From NCBI GenBank assembly GCA_030295235.1, contig AP026169.1, positions 372,001 to 436,000 on the forward strand: 64,000 nucleotides of DNA, in the 5' to 3' direction. The stretch is from Fistulifera solaris. Its lineage: Eukaryota. Of the stretch, positions 27,892 to 39,605 are shown piece by piece. The notes under the pieces were generated by a model, which saw only the letters and a list, made by a program, of their open reading frames with translations, did no database searches and was not told the DNA's origin. A program made the position numbers and the translations under genes. How positions within the stretch are numbered: the first letter of the stretch is position 1; every line of letters starts with the position of its first letter.

Positions 27892-29028
27892 ATGAATCAT
27901 CATCACCTCCCCGAATTGGACTTGCACGGTCTCACGAGAGAAAAGGCAATCCGTGCCGTGACCGATTTCATTGAAGACAACAAACGAAATCACGTGCGGA
28001 TCATTACAGGTACCGGAAGTCACTCAACCCATGGTCCAGTCTTACGCACCGCGGTTGAAAGTTTGTTGACACGCCGCCACATGAATTTTCAACGTGACAG
28101 TGCTGGGAGCTTTCTGGTGAATTGTGCGTCGGGAGAAACCTTTTATCCGCCAGAATCACCACAAGACACCAAAGTGGTCGTGGTCGCGTCCGCCGTTCCG
28201 CCCCCGCCCATCATGCAACGCGCGGTCTCCATCCCGCAATCGTACAGCATTCCTCCGACGCGGACACGACGCGTCGTGTCCACGACACGCATCCGCAACG
28301 TCGATGGTAGTATGGAAGAAACCACGTCCATGGAAGAGTTAATTACGGAAAGGAACAATGAGGAGGAGCAAGTGTACGCGGAATGCACGTACGCGGACGA
28401 GTCCTATTACGAGCCAACAAAAAATGCTCCGTGGTTGACGGCCGCAAAGAAGACTGGAGAATCCGACTATTACAAAGCTTTGGAGGGTTCATTGCAAGAT
28501 TATCGCCTTCAAACCAAGATGAGTGAGCAGGATTCAGATGAACTGGATCTTGTGTTGCAAATGTCGTTACAAGCGCACGAGGAACAAGAAATGAAACGAA
28601 AAAAGCAAGAACTAGCTGAAATTGAAGAAGCGATCCGATTATCCGAAAAGGTTGCCGTAGAAGAAAATCAAAAGAATATGATGGAGACTGAAGAAGACAA
28701 ATTCTTTCTTATGGCTCTCGAACGCTCCAAATCGGAAACCCAATACAAGCCTTTTGCTGCAGAGGAGGAAGACAAAGAGTTGAAGCGGATACTGGAGCTT
28801 TCGAAACAAGAAACACAAATGCTGCCTCTGGAGCAAGACGACGAAGAGGAACTGCTACAGAAAATTCTCGAAGAATCCAAGGCCCTGTCACGCAGCGAAA
28901 CACTTCCGGATCGCGAACTGGAAAAAGCCATTCGACGTGCTATGGAACAATCACTAGAAGAAGAACGAAAGCAATGGGAAGAAGAAAATGAACTGTTGCA
29001 ACAAGTGCTACGAATGAGTATGAGATAG
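27892..29028 (+). CDS. Smr-domain protein with multiple UIM-like motifs
   Basis: ELDLHGL...VRIITGTGSHS...GPVLR (Smr). Then repeated acidic-L..A/I L..S helices such as IEEAIRLS, LMALERS, LKRILELS, RRAMEQS. Confidence 0.85.
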   Translation: MNHHHLPELDLHGLTREKAIRAVTDFIEDNKRNHVRIITGTGSHSTHGPVLRTAVESLLTRRHMNFQRDSAGSFLVNCASGETFYPPESPQDTKVVVVASAVPPPPIMQRAVSIPQSYSIPPTRTRRVVSTTRIRNVDGSMEETTSMEELITERNNEEEQVYAECTYADESYYEPTKNAPWLTAAKKTGESDYYKALEGSLQDYRLQTKMSEQDSDELDLVLQMSLQAHEEQEMKRKKQELAEIEEAIRLSEKVAVEENQKNMMETEEDKFFLMALERSKSETQYKPFAAEEEDKELKRILELSKQETQMLPLEQDDEEELLQKILEESKALSRSETLPDRELEKAIRRAMEQSLEEERKQWEEENELLQQVLRMSMR

Positions 29029-29382
29029 CCGGCAAAACTTGCATTTTGCTAAATTCAAAATCTCATTAGTAAATAATGACAAATAGACATGTGTCTCTTG
29101 TTCAACAAGTTGTAGTCTTTTCATGTTGAGATGAATTTTATAATCGTCCCGTTGCGTTGTTGCTTATTGGAACCGCCGTGAATCGATAGTTGCAACCGGT
29201 AGCCCTAGCTCAAAACCTTACAAATTTTTGTGAAGACGCTTTGATGACGTGAATGACGACGTTGCAACGAAAAAAACGAAGCAGAAACCAACTCATTCAA
29301 AACAAAGTAACATCAAAAGAGGAAAAGAAAAAACTAATACGAATCATCTCACGTCAATCACAAAAGCTTTGTCGTTGTTAAA

Positions 29383-30681
29383 ATGGTTCGACTGCATGTT
29401 TTATGCTGTACCTTGCTAGCGAGTGGTCTTCGCTTCCACGGCCAAGGGTTCGCGTTGGCTTTCTCTTCTTCCGTCTCATCGATCCGCTCGAACGGTGTCG
29501 CCCTTTCCGCTACTGAAACATCGCAGCAACAATTGCAAAGTAATGTTGATCAACTGAAAAAAGTATTAGCGCGAGAATATGTATCGTTCTTCAATCCAAT
29601 GGAAAGACAATACTACAGCTCGGATGTCACATTCCAGGATCCTTTGACGTCCCTGGCCGGTATTGACAAATATCAAGACAATGTCGACATGTTGTCGGGA
29701 CGAACTTTGTTAGGGTCGATTTTATTCTCCGATGCTAGCATCAATTTACACTCGGTACGAGGCGGTGAAATTTCCGTGGATCCACAGGGGACCCAGATCT
29801 CGGACATTGTCACACGGTGGACCTTGCGCTTTTGCTTTAAAGCTCTGCCCTGGAAGCCTACAGCTCGGTTTTCGGGGATTTCCGTTTATCGAGTGCGAGT
29901 CGGAGGATCTGAAGGAGTGGAGATTGTTCAACAAAACGATTATTGGGATTCCATCAACTTGCAATCCGACGGAACGTACCGAGCAGTCGACAAATCGGTG
30001 GGCTTGTCCGATTTCTTGGATCAGTTGAAACCAAGCGATATCAATGCTCCATCGGCTGGACCTGAACTACCGTTTGAGCTATTGCGACGAGGAAATGGAT
30101 ATGAGGTTCGAAGATATCCGCAATACAGTGCTGCTAAACTAGCGTATGAGAGACGCGATGAAGGATACAGTGTTTTGGGGAGCTTTTGCAAAGGTAAGAT
30201 GTTTTTTGGTCACGTAGAATCGAAATTCAGATGCTTGGCATATTCGTGCGGTGACTCACATGGCCACTTTCGTCTTTGTGAATAAGGGCTTCAACCAATG
30301 GCACCAGCCATACTTACTGTTGATTCTCAAAAGGATGAAAAATCCATGATGTGGCCCCTGACGTTTGCTCGACCAGGGCAAACGTTTGAGCTCCCGTCCA
30401 CGAACAATCGAGCAGGACGAGGTGTAGAGGTGGTGGTGATACCGTCATCCGTCGTGGCCGTAGCCCGGTTCTCCGATGCTAGTGTGGAGCCAGTGGTTCG
30501 AAAAGCGACCAACTTGCTTCGCAATGCATGCGAACGCGACGGCTTGAAGCTGTCCAGGAGTGAAGCTCTGCAGTTTTGTCAATACGATGCCATTTTTAGC
30601 ATGGGGAAGCGAAGGGGTGAAGTTTGGATCCCTCTCGATGATGACAATCCGTGGAACCAAAGCGCGGATACGTTAAAATAA
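29383..30681 (+). CDS. DUF2358/SnoaL-like plus SOUL heme-binding protein, probably plastid-targeted
   Basis: YSSDVTFQDPL...DYWDS, YEVRRYP, VAVARFS, QYD...RRGEVWIPL. Signal-peptide-like N-terminus with ALA^F. Intron 30194-30286. Confidence 0.85.
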
Positions 30682-30841
30682 TAGCCGTTCGAGTATTCAA
30701 AAGGACTAGGCAAACATAGTTTGTAGCAAAAATATTATAGCGAAGGGTGGCATTTATTTTCGCGAGCAAGGATCTTCGTAAGCATCGATTAAGCCACTTG
30801 ATAGTGTCGACGACGCTAGAAATTTGCGCATTAGTATCCAA

Positions 30842-31561
30842 CTACCCTCGCTGAATTCGGATGGTGTTGACCCCTCCAACTCTCTTTGAATTCCAGGAAC
30901 ACTCATTGTGCTCGTCCTCATTGTCGTATTCCTCTTCCTCTCTGTGCAGTACATTGTGTGCCACCAATAAACGAACCAGAGCCGACATAGGAAAGTCAGG
31001 AGTCCCACCCAGCTCATCAAACCCACGAACATGATGAACAGCTTTTCGCTTGTGAATGAGGACGAGCGTTGGCATGACAATAATTCCCAGTTTTTCCACC
31101 AAGAACGAAGCTCCCTTTCCATCTTCGTTGTCACAATCTTCCACATTTATCCGAACAAATCTGGATTCTAGGTGATTATGAGCAATTTTTTGTAAATGCT
31201 TGTGAAAGACGTCCGACAGAGCGGTGGATGGCCGATAAAAATGAACAATAACGCGATCGGATTCCTTCGTCACGCGAAAAAACTCTTGCGCCACGTCTCG
31301 GCTATCCTGACGCGATGCCGCCAGCTCTTCGTAGCTCCCGTGTCCAGCAGCACGCCATTGCTTCTCTTGTGAATGTTTCTGTTGAAGTTCCTGTAATCGA
31401 TTGGCACGGAATCTGGAGAGCGCTTCCTCGTCATTGAGGAGATCGTCGAATTGATCGAGCTGGTCGTCAACCGTTAACTCTTGCACTTGTGCGACTTTGA
31501 GTAGAACGGAAGCCGCTGCGCTTCCGACCCGTTGATTGGCGTTTCCGAAACCTAGATCCAT
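30842..31561 (-). CDS. Phosducin-like protein 3 / TXNDC9-like
   Basis: R..RLQEL...GHGSYEEL, VIVHFY, FLVEKLGIIVMPTL, GFDELGG. Confidence 0.9.
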   Translation of the reverse strand: MDLGFGNANQRVGSAAASVLLKVAQVQELTVDDQLDQFDDLLNDEEALSRFRANRLQELQQKHSQEKQWRAAGHGSYEELAASRQDSRDVAQEFFRVTKESDRVIVHFYRPSTALSDVFHKHLQKIAHNHLESRFVRINVEDCDNEDGKGASFLVEKLGIIVMPTLVLIHKRKAVHHVRGFDELGGTPDFPMSALVRLLVAHNVLHREEEEYDNEDEHNECSWNSKRVGGVNTIRIQRG

Positions 31562-32525
31562 TATTCATGAAAGCTGTTTGCTAAACTGTCAATGTTAAGT
31601 TGGATTGAAACACGAAACGATGAAAAAAAGGAATGTGTGTATGTGTGCGGAGTGCGGAGTGCGGAAGCGCAGTGCAAAAATTTCGTCCGTTTCTGGTCGG
31701 GGCGGTGACAAATACGGACGGTCTATAGTAGTGTTTCACTGTTGTCGTAGCAACATTAGTGAATAACTACATGGATACCGGTAAGCTTTATGGAATTGCC
31801 ACTTTTCTATCCCTTTCGGAAATTTGAACAGTGAAGAATGGCCTGCGTGCTATGTGACAGACAGCCCATCCTGGTGTGCCGGTATTTACTGTAGGCTGTA
31901 TACAACAGATTGTAACTCAATGTCCTAAATAAAAGTTGACAATGACTTTGAATGTACTTTTTCGTCCTTGTCATGACTGAACGCCGCAAAACATGATGCC
32001 CGCAGTGAATTTCCGGACGCCGCGGAGAAAGTTCACCGTGAGACACAAAAACGAAGCGCACGATCGTTCTCGAATTCCGTAAGCTGGGATAATAACGATC
32101 ACATCAGTGAAACAAGTCCAGTGCTTTGTTGAAAAGGTGCTTGCTTTGAATGGTAAACGACTGGTCGGTCTAGATTGGGAAGACAATTTTGTTTAGAGCA
32201 AAAGGTAAGCCAGTGTTGTTTGAATGACTCCAGTCCTGGTTTCTCTGTTGCTGCTCGTCCGTGGAGCTGTGCGTAATGCACACATTCGCTCAATAAACAG
32301 AATTTTTCACGCAAAATATTAAAATTGATCGCCCTTACAGTCGTAAATGCTCTTGAATTTCGGACCAAATGGAAAAGGACGAAGGGAATGTTACGTGCGG
32401 ACGCATATTGCTCTTGAAGCTTCTTCGCTGTTTGATAGTTCCCTCTCACTTACGTTCGTCGTTACATATTATTTTCCAAATGCTTACTGATCCTTTTTTG
32501 CGCCACAATTTTGATTCACCAGAAT

Positions 32526-33923
32526 ATGGAAAACACAAGTGCGCAACGACTTTTACCGGCTAATTTTCCATCTCCGCAATCTATGAGCGTTCCTGAGCTG
32601 ACTCTCAGCACTCTTATGGCGACTAACGTGCACCACCGCGATCCTTCTAGTTCGCAATTTTTCTCACAACTAATGGCTTCACAAACACGCTCGTCGCTCC
32701 AACGAGCGTCGTCTCTAACATCCACGACAGGAGTCGCGCCCCTCCAGCGATCGGCATCCTTTACTTCGACGTCTGGTGTCGAGCCCCATTCGACTGTAGC
32801 TTCTTCGCCATCCACACCGCTTTCCGATGCACCTAGATTCAGTTCCAATCGTCTTAGCTTCGCCACACATCAGTTGAATCAATATGGCGCATTTTCGCCG
32901 GGTGATTCTATCATCCCTTCGCCGAATGCTCTTCAAAGCTTCCTTCCCGCGCGTGGATTGCAGAATGGCTTTACAGCGTCCGCTTCTGTGAGCTCATCAA
33001 CACCACTTCGTCGATCACGTCGATTAGCTCGCACAGAAGACACCCCTCACGACGAAGTTGATCCTTCTCCTGCTACAAGCTTGCCTCGCAAACGCAAACC
33101 AGCAACAAGTTCTAAGAAGACGTCGACTCGAAAGCGCCAAAAGGTTCTGAAAGAACCTCCCTCAAGCTCACCTCATTCGCTCGACTATTTAGACAAGAAG
33201 CCTTCAGCAGTTGAGAGCACGTGTACTATTTGTTTGTGTGAACCTGACAAAGAGGAGGTCTCTGCTCTTGATGGTTGCAACCACTTTTTTTGCTTTTCTT
33301 GTATTGAAAAATGGTCAGAACGGGAGAACTCGTGTCCCCTCTGCAAGTGCCGCTTCTCTCGTATCACGCGGATGAACCCACCGCGGCGGCGCAAAGGTGC
33401 ATCCACCCGAAATACGAAGAAAGTCAAGACACGCGATCAGCGCGCCGACATGCCGACTAGCGCGGCTATAGAAGGATTGCTGGCGAGCTTGGCTCAAGGG
33501 TCTGCATTCCCTGGTTCGACTCGACTAGGGCGAATGTTTGCTACACAACTTTCTGTTCCCGTCGTTCGAAGTCGCACGTCGCGCGCAAATGCTTCTTCAA
33601 GTGCTGGTAGGTTTGGAGTGACTATGATTCATCCTTCGATGAATTTGGAAGATGATGAAGATACTAGTCTGCTTGGCTTCATGCAAGCGGTTCTCCGATC
33701 ACACCGTGAAGGCCATCATGGCGACATTCCAGGCGAGTTACACGTCTTTCCTGCGGGGGGAAGTGTGTTTTCCGGCTTTGGAGTGACAAGCTCGTCCTCT
33801 TTCGCGAGAACCGCCCGTTCCCATGCCTCGAATGAAAACGATGTTTCGGCTGGTCGAGCCCCTGACAATCCCTTGGAGATTGACGATAGCGACGACGAAG
33901 TGGAGTTAATTCATATCTCATGA
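32526..33923 (+). CDS. RING-finger (C3HC4) protein, putative E3 ligase
   Basis: CTICL...GCNHFFCFSCIEKW...SCPLCK; flanks are Ser-rich and disordered. Confidence 0.88.
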   Translation: MENTSAQRLLPANFPSPQSMSVPELTLSTLMATNVHHRDPSSSQFFSQLMASQTRSSLQRASSLTSTTGVAPLQRSASFTSTSGVEPHSTVASSPSTPLSDAPRFSSNRLSFATHQLNQYGAFSPGDSIIPSPNALQSFLPARGLQNGFTASASVSSSTPLRRSRRLARTEDTPHDEVDPSPATSLPRKRKPATSSKKTSTRKRQKVLKEPPSSSPHSLDYLDKKPSAVESTCTICLCEPDKEEVSALDGCNHFFCFSCIEKWSERENSCPLCKCRFSRITRMNPPRRRKGASTRNTKKVKTRDQRADMPTSAAIEGLLASLAQGSAFPGSTRLGRMFATQLSVPVVRSRTSRANASSSAGRFGVTMIHPSMNLEDDEDTSLLGFMQAVLRSHREGHHGDIPGELHVFPAGGSVFSGFGVTSSSSFARTARSHASNENDVSAGRAPDNPLEIDDSDDEVELIHIS

Positions 33924-34306
33924 GGAAGGTGGATAGATGAAGCCGTGCTGCACTCGTTGTTTGGCATCCATGGAAGAACCAGATGCGTGCGTGAGATGTG
34001 AGAAGCAGTGTGGGGTCAACGACTTCACACGTAATGCTATAACCCAAAGCTTTTGTTAGTTTTACTTTTGAAACTTGTTCTTTAGAGTTTCTTCTTTACT
34101 TGTCAGTGACGGAGGAACGGCTATTAGTCCAGTCTTATCAGGTAAGCTGTAAGCTCAGACGGAAGATCGCGAATATTAAGAATTTGGTAAGTAGATAGAT
34201 AGACGATAGACTAGCACCATCTAACCGAAGCGGATGAGAGCTAAGGGGCAAACCGCTACGTGGGCTGAGGAATTTTAGTTTTACTAGCAATGGTTACTTG
34301 CTTAAC

Positions 34307-35678
34307 TTAGAAAATCTTTGTGTACTGGCCTTTCTGCAAATAGGCAACTGGTTTCTGGCCTCCTGCCATGATCCATTTGTTTAACTCGATTTTCGCAACC
34401 CCGGTGCTGGCGATTTGTTCTACAACGACACCTTCTCCATACTGGGTGCTGACCTTATCTCCTACCCGCGCCCAAGCACTTCCTTTGGCGATTTGACTGT
34501 GCGCATCTGCTTCGTCAGCTGCGGCCAGAGCGTTCTGAGTGACGCCCATTTTGTCGAGAATTCCATACACGACTTTCTCCAGATTTAAAGTGTAAAAATG
34601 AAGAACGGGTGTGGTTTTAGAATCTATCAAACCTTGACACATTTCGGCACCGAATGTGACGCCAAATTCTTTCACCGCTTCAGCGTCATCTTTGATGGCT
34701 TCCATCTTTTCGTCCAAGGATTGCGGAACGCGAGTCTTGCAAAATTGTGTCATCTTTCGGAAGCCAGCATAAGCGTTGATGCACATGATCCCGGGGACAA
34801 TCGGACACTGGATTCCCCATTTGCGGCAGTCGGCAACGAAAGTTGTAAAAATGGTGACATCAAAGAACATTTGTGTGATTATGAAATCTGGAAATGGGTC
34901 GGAATAATGGTGAGTGTTTCTGTATTCATGAAGTACTTGGATACAAATTTGATAATTTGCTACTAACCTGCTCCCGCATCAACTTTCTGCTTCAAATAAT
35001 CCATCTCTTTCTTGTAGTCAGCTTCTAGGCAGCAGTATGTTTTCCCATCAAAATGGCTCGACCGGGCTAATTCTTCCGGTGTCAATGTCGACGGGTCGGC
35101 GATTTCGGTAATAGCATTTGGGTGACCTTCCGGATACCCAGCTACAGAAATACCGAAGTCATCTCCAAACTTCTCCCGAATAAACTTCACCAGATCCAAG
35201 GCACAGTTAAAACCTCCTTCGGCCGCTTTCCATTCGGTCTCGCCGGCCGGTGGGTCTCCGCGCAAAGCCACAATATTCCGGATACCACCATCCTTCGCCT
35301 TCTGCAACGCTTTGTAAATAGCTTCCTTCGGATCGACATTTTCACCCAAATTGGTGCAGGTCATGTGTAGATTCGCCAAATGGCCCGTGTTTTGTGCATG
35401 AAGAGCGAGATCGAGACTGAGTTCCGCCGTGCTTCCGCCGGCACCCCACGTCATATCGGTAAATGCAGGACTCAATACATTCTTCATACGATCCATACGA
35501 CTGTGTAGATTCTAAGGGAACAGAGAAAATCGTGAGAACATATTATGAATGTAGTAGGCCCTCGTACAATGATGCAACCCACCTGGACACCGACATCGCT
35601 TCGCGGCGGAAAATATTCTAAAGAAATCAAAGGCTTATCACCGTCGTGGTTTGTAAGAATGTCAATAATCTTTGTCAT
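34307..35678 (-). CDS. MTHFR: Methylenetetrahydrofolate reductase
   Basis: SLEYFPP, TWGAGGST, HMTCTN, NIVALRGDPP, VAGYPEGH, DFIITQMFFD, LHFYTLN. Introns 35512-35582 and 34888-34967. Confidence 0.95.
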
Positions 35679-36078
35679 GGTAGTTATTTAGCTTCCTGTG
35701 TTTTCAGTCAAAGAATAGATGGATGGATTGAATGAAATGGTTGATCCTTTGGTCGAATGTCCAATGCCGGTAGAAAGGAAAAAAATGGGGAACACTCGTC
35801 GTCTTCAATCATCGTGAGGGTTATGCGTGTGAGCTCGCGGTAGTCTGTCTTCCACTCAAAATGTACAATCTGCACTATTGCACGTTCCAAGCCGAAACCC
35901 GGATATGGATATCATGCTCGTGAATGAACTATCAGTCGTGGGTGGAACGTATTTCGCCTACGTATTGTGAACGCGCATCCATCATAGTGAAAAACACTGA
36001 CTCCCAGATGATGCATCAAGAAATTGTAAAATACTCCAAATTACTTTCGACATGAAGTCTCGTATTCTTCTAAGTATC

Positions 36079-37727
36079 TTATCTTGAATCAAACGGCAAA
36101 GAGCCGTCCGATTTTCCTTGAATTCTTGACAGAATCGCTTTTTGAACTTGATCGTAGGCATCCAACGCACCCAATGCTTCCAGATTTTGTAAGCCTTGTT
36201 CATTGAGTCCTCCCGGAGTTTGTTCGGCAATGAGTTGATCAAACCCATTGGGGTCCTTTTGTACTTGCACGGCATCCTGTACCATCGAGTCGTATAAACG
36301 ACCCACGAGGAAACTCGCTTGATCGCGAGCAATGCCCTGACGAACCAAAAACTCCCGATTGTTTCGCAAGACGCCGTAAAGGATCCCATCAGGCACGTCG
36401 TGACCATGAGAGCCGACATTTGTTGCGCATCACTCGCCTGTACACAACCACCGAGTGCTTCGCACAGGTCCGTCAGAACCGGTGGATCTTTTTGTGTGGG
36501 AGTCAATAAAATACATATACCATTGCATCGGGCGACAGCAGGCAAACAAATCATTTTGAACACGCGTTCCGTAGGCAACTGGGCGTCACGGCAGAGGTCT
36601 TCGATGGTGGATGTGGAAACGAGCGACACGAGAATGTGTCGATTGGCATCGAATTTCAACTTTTGTAACACAGAAGAAGTTTGCTCCGGCAAGACACAAA
36701 GAAAGATGATATCAGCCGTGTCGACGACTTGTTGATTGTCATCGTGAATCGACACCAAATCAGGGAACGATTTTTGCAGTGCCGAAGAACGTTTCTCGGA
36801 TCTTCGCGAAACGGCCAAATGAGATATCGGTACACAGTGTTGTGTCGCTAAACCTGTAGCGATTAGAGGTGTGGCTTTTTCACTAGAACTAGTCACTTCA
36901 CTAGAGTTGAAAATTTCACTTTTTCACTTCACTCACTTTTTACTCCACTTGATTCACTAGAAGTGTACCATGTCTACGTAACGCCTACGTGTGACATGAA
37001 CGGTGCAAAAAACTATGGCAACATGACACAAATGGAATAAGAAGCGATAGCAAATAATAGCTACTTATCTAGTAACTTAAATTGCTTCGCCTATTTTCAC
37101 CAATGGTCAGTCCACAGGGTGCCAGGTTATACTTCAATTTCAGCTGAGTCTCCAGTGTGGTCCCTTTCAATTTTGTGCGAGCTTCAAAGCAAGGCCACAA
37201 CTCGAGAACACTCTCTCCGAAGCTGTTGATGTAGCGCAAACACCTAGCCATTTCCTAGCAACCATTGAGAGGAGGGAACTCTTTCCTATTACTCCCGGGA
37301 GTATCGTGCATCCGGTGTCAGGACACAGCTAATGACTTGTACACTTTACACTATACAGATATCAGTACCACTTTTCACTTTTTCACTTTTCACTTCACTA
37401 GAATGACTTGGCTCACTAGTCACTTCACTAGAGTCCATTTTTACCTCTAGCCACACCTCTAGTAGCGATAGCGGAAGCAATCGTTCCAAAGCCCACAAAG
37501 CCGATCCGCTGAGGTGAGGTGCTTTCGCTGTCGTCGGACGGTGAATGATATAGGGTTGTGAATTCCGCTTCAGGAGGAGACATTTGTGGACGAGGTAAGG
37601 TTCGTGTATGGATGTGAAAGGCTTCTTGTTGAGGGATGAATGATGCTAACAAAATTACCAGAAAAGCGCACGATGAGCTTATCAGAGGAGTCATGGTCGA
37701 AACGAAACGAATCGAAGTCTTCTGCAT
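36079..37727 (-). CDS. Pyrroline-5-carboxylate reductase-like protein, plastid-type presequence, interrupted by a hAT-like element
   Basis: Rossmann motif IGFVGFGTIASAIAT|GLAT, split exactly at the insertion; ADIIFLCVLP; EQTPGGLNEQ. Presequence ends QEA^F. One frameshift near 36385. Confidence 0.85.
36864..37461. mobile_element. Non-autonomous hAT-like DNA transposon (MITE-like), 598 bp
   Basis: Perfect 13-bp TIR TAGAGGTGTGGCT (36864-36876 / 37449-37461), 8-bp TSD GTAGCGAT (36856-36863 / 37462-37469), dense subterminal TCACT repeats at both ends, no transposase. Confidence 0.93.
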
Positions 37728-37952
37728 TGTTATTCTCTTTTTCGATTTTTTCAATTCGAGGGTTTTGGGGGAGGCGAAAAGTTGAAGTTCCCATGTCGGA
37801 TACTATCGCTCGTACCGGCACTCGACAAAGAAGTTCAGCTTTGTTGTTTGTTGACATAGAACCCCTATTTCTAGCCCACCAAGAACAGTGTATGGGAATT
37901 CTATTTTACAAATTATGAGTGGCAGTGAAAATCATAAAGACTGAGAAGCTCT

Positions 37953-38996
37953 TCAATCTTGACTTTCCGTGAAGCGCTGGAATTCCAGCTCTTTGGGGAG
38001 CAGGCGATTGGCTCCTCGTTCCGCTAGGTACTTGCACCAATCGCCATACTGTGCAGGACGCGCATAGTCCAACGGTGTGAACCCTCTCTTGTCTTTTGTG
38101 TATAATAAATCGGGGCAAGCGTCGAGTAGCTCATCAATCACTTGAAAGTTGGGACTCGAAGTCCAGCACGCATCGTGCAAGGAGGTTCTTCCGTAATCAC
38201 AACACACTTTGCAGCTGAGACCGGCCTCCTTCAAAAGAAATTGAACGATTTCCAGGCAGCCTCTCCGACAAGCCGTGTGAATAATCGAATCGCCAAATTT
38301 GTTCGCACATTGCAACTGTCGACCCGCATTGTAAAAGTCTCGCAAGGTCTGAAGATCGTTCTCGCGCAGAGCTTTTATCACATCCATTTCGTAAGCTTTG
38401 ACCACATCCTCCGTTACTTCGACAAAAAAGCCTTTCATATTGAGAGCCTCAAACGTTTCGTACACGTAACCCGCCTGCTCTATCATTGCTTTGAGTACAG
38501 AATCGGGCTTGGGTGCGGTGTTTGTTGGAGCGCTCGAGCGTGGAGATTGGTGTATGCAGGTAAGGCCGTCGCTGATTTTGGGCATGGATGTTGTGAGTCT
38601 GGAGCTTTTAAAAGCATGTAGTTTTGCGCGATGTGCTATAGCCGCAGATTCGGAGGCGAGTGAAGCAGTAGAAGCGCTATGACTGACTTTTCTTGAGGCT
38701 AGCTCGATGGCTCGGTTCAACTCGCTTTGGGGTACAGCAACGCCAAAGTTGGCTCTTTCCAGAGCTTGGGAAGCCATGTTTTCGGCTTCTCCTTCTGAAC
38801 TACTCGTATCTGATTCATCAGAGAGGGATGAACCGCACGATGAGGTATCGGCCCGAGGCTGCTTACGTCTCATGTTTTCCACCAATTGCTCGACAGCCAG
38901 TCGTCTCTTGCGAGCCGCCACGGAAGAATTCATCGATGTACCAGTTATTATTGCGCCAGGCTGGAATTCGGGTAGACTAGCATTGCGATACATCAT
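37953..38996 (-). CDS. Ankyrin-repeat protein
   Basis: NKFGDSIIHTACRRG, DYGRTSLHDAC, DKRGFTPLDYA. Confidence 0.9.
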   Translation of the reverse strand: MMYRNASLPEFQPGAIITGTSMNSSVAARKRRLAVEQLVENMRRKQPRADTSSCGSSLSDESDTSSSEGEAENMASQALERANFGVAVPQSELNRAIELASRKVSHSASTASLASESAAIAHRAKLHAFKSSRLTTSMPKISDGLTCIHQSPRSSAPTNTAPKPDSVLKAMIEQAGYVYETFEALNMKGFFVEVTEDVVKAYEMDVIKALRENDLQTLRDFYNAGRQLQCANKFGDSIIHTACRRGCLEIVQFLLKEAGLSCKVCCDYGRTSLHDACWTSSPNFQVIDELLDACPDLLYTKDKRGFTPLDYARPAQYGDWCKYLAERGANRLLPKELEFQRFTESQD

Positions 38997-39605
38997 TCGC
39001 AATAGATTATGGTTTCGCTATTCTGTTTTCCAGCAGCAATGGTGAAGCTGAGTACGCAAGTCATGGAGTAAAACAATTAAACGGCGTATGTCAAGACCGA
39101 GTGCGCGTGGTGTGCTGTCTGACATGTGGCATGGAACACGTAGCTCACAAATTATGGAACTCTGCTTTGAACTGTACAAAAACGTTTGGCTCTTCACTTT
39201 GCTGCTGGATCGACCGCCGAACGGGCCGAACGCCGACACGGCAATTGACAGATGGTTGTACTACACCGAAATTGATAGCCTAATTAACACTATGCAGTGG
39301 AAAGAGAAAATTGCCGAACCAGATGTAAGACTGATGTTAAAGTTCCCTACGAAACATTCTGCATTCTGTCAATGGGTCTGCAGTCTACAGTCAGCATTCA
39401 GTAGTAGTTGTAGAAGACCCCGAGAGAAAAGCTAAATGATAGAGCGTATCATCTATTGCCCTCAGGCTGTAGAGACGAATGACGACGAGCACGTCAAACT
39501 TCGGGGGGGCCATAATCCATGAAGCGAAGTTTCCCACGTAAGCAACCTTTCTTTGTTGCGGATCGTAGATTGGTCTGACGTCAACCAAGCAAATGACTTA
39601 AACGC

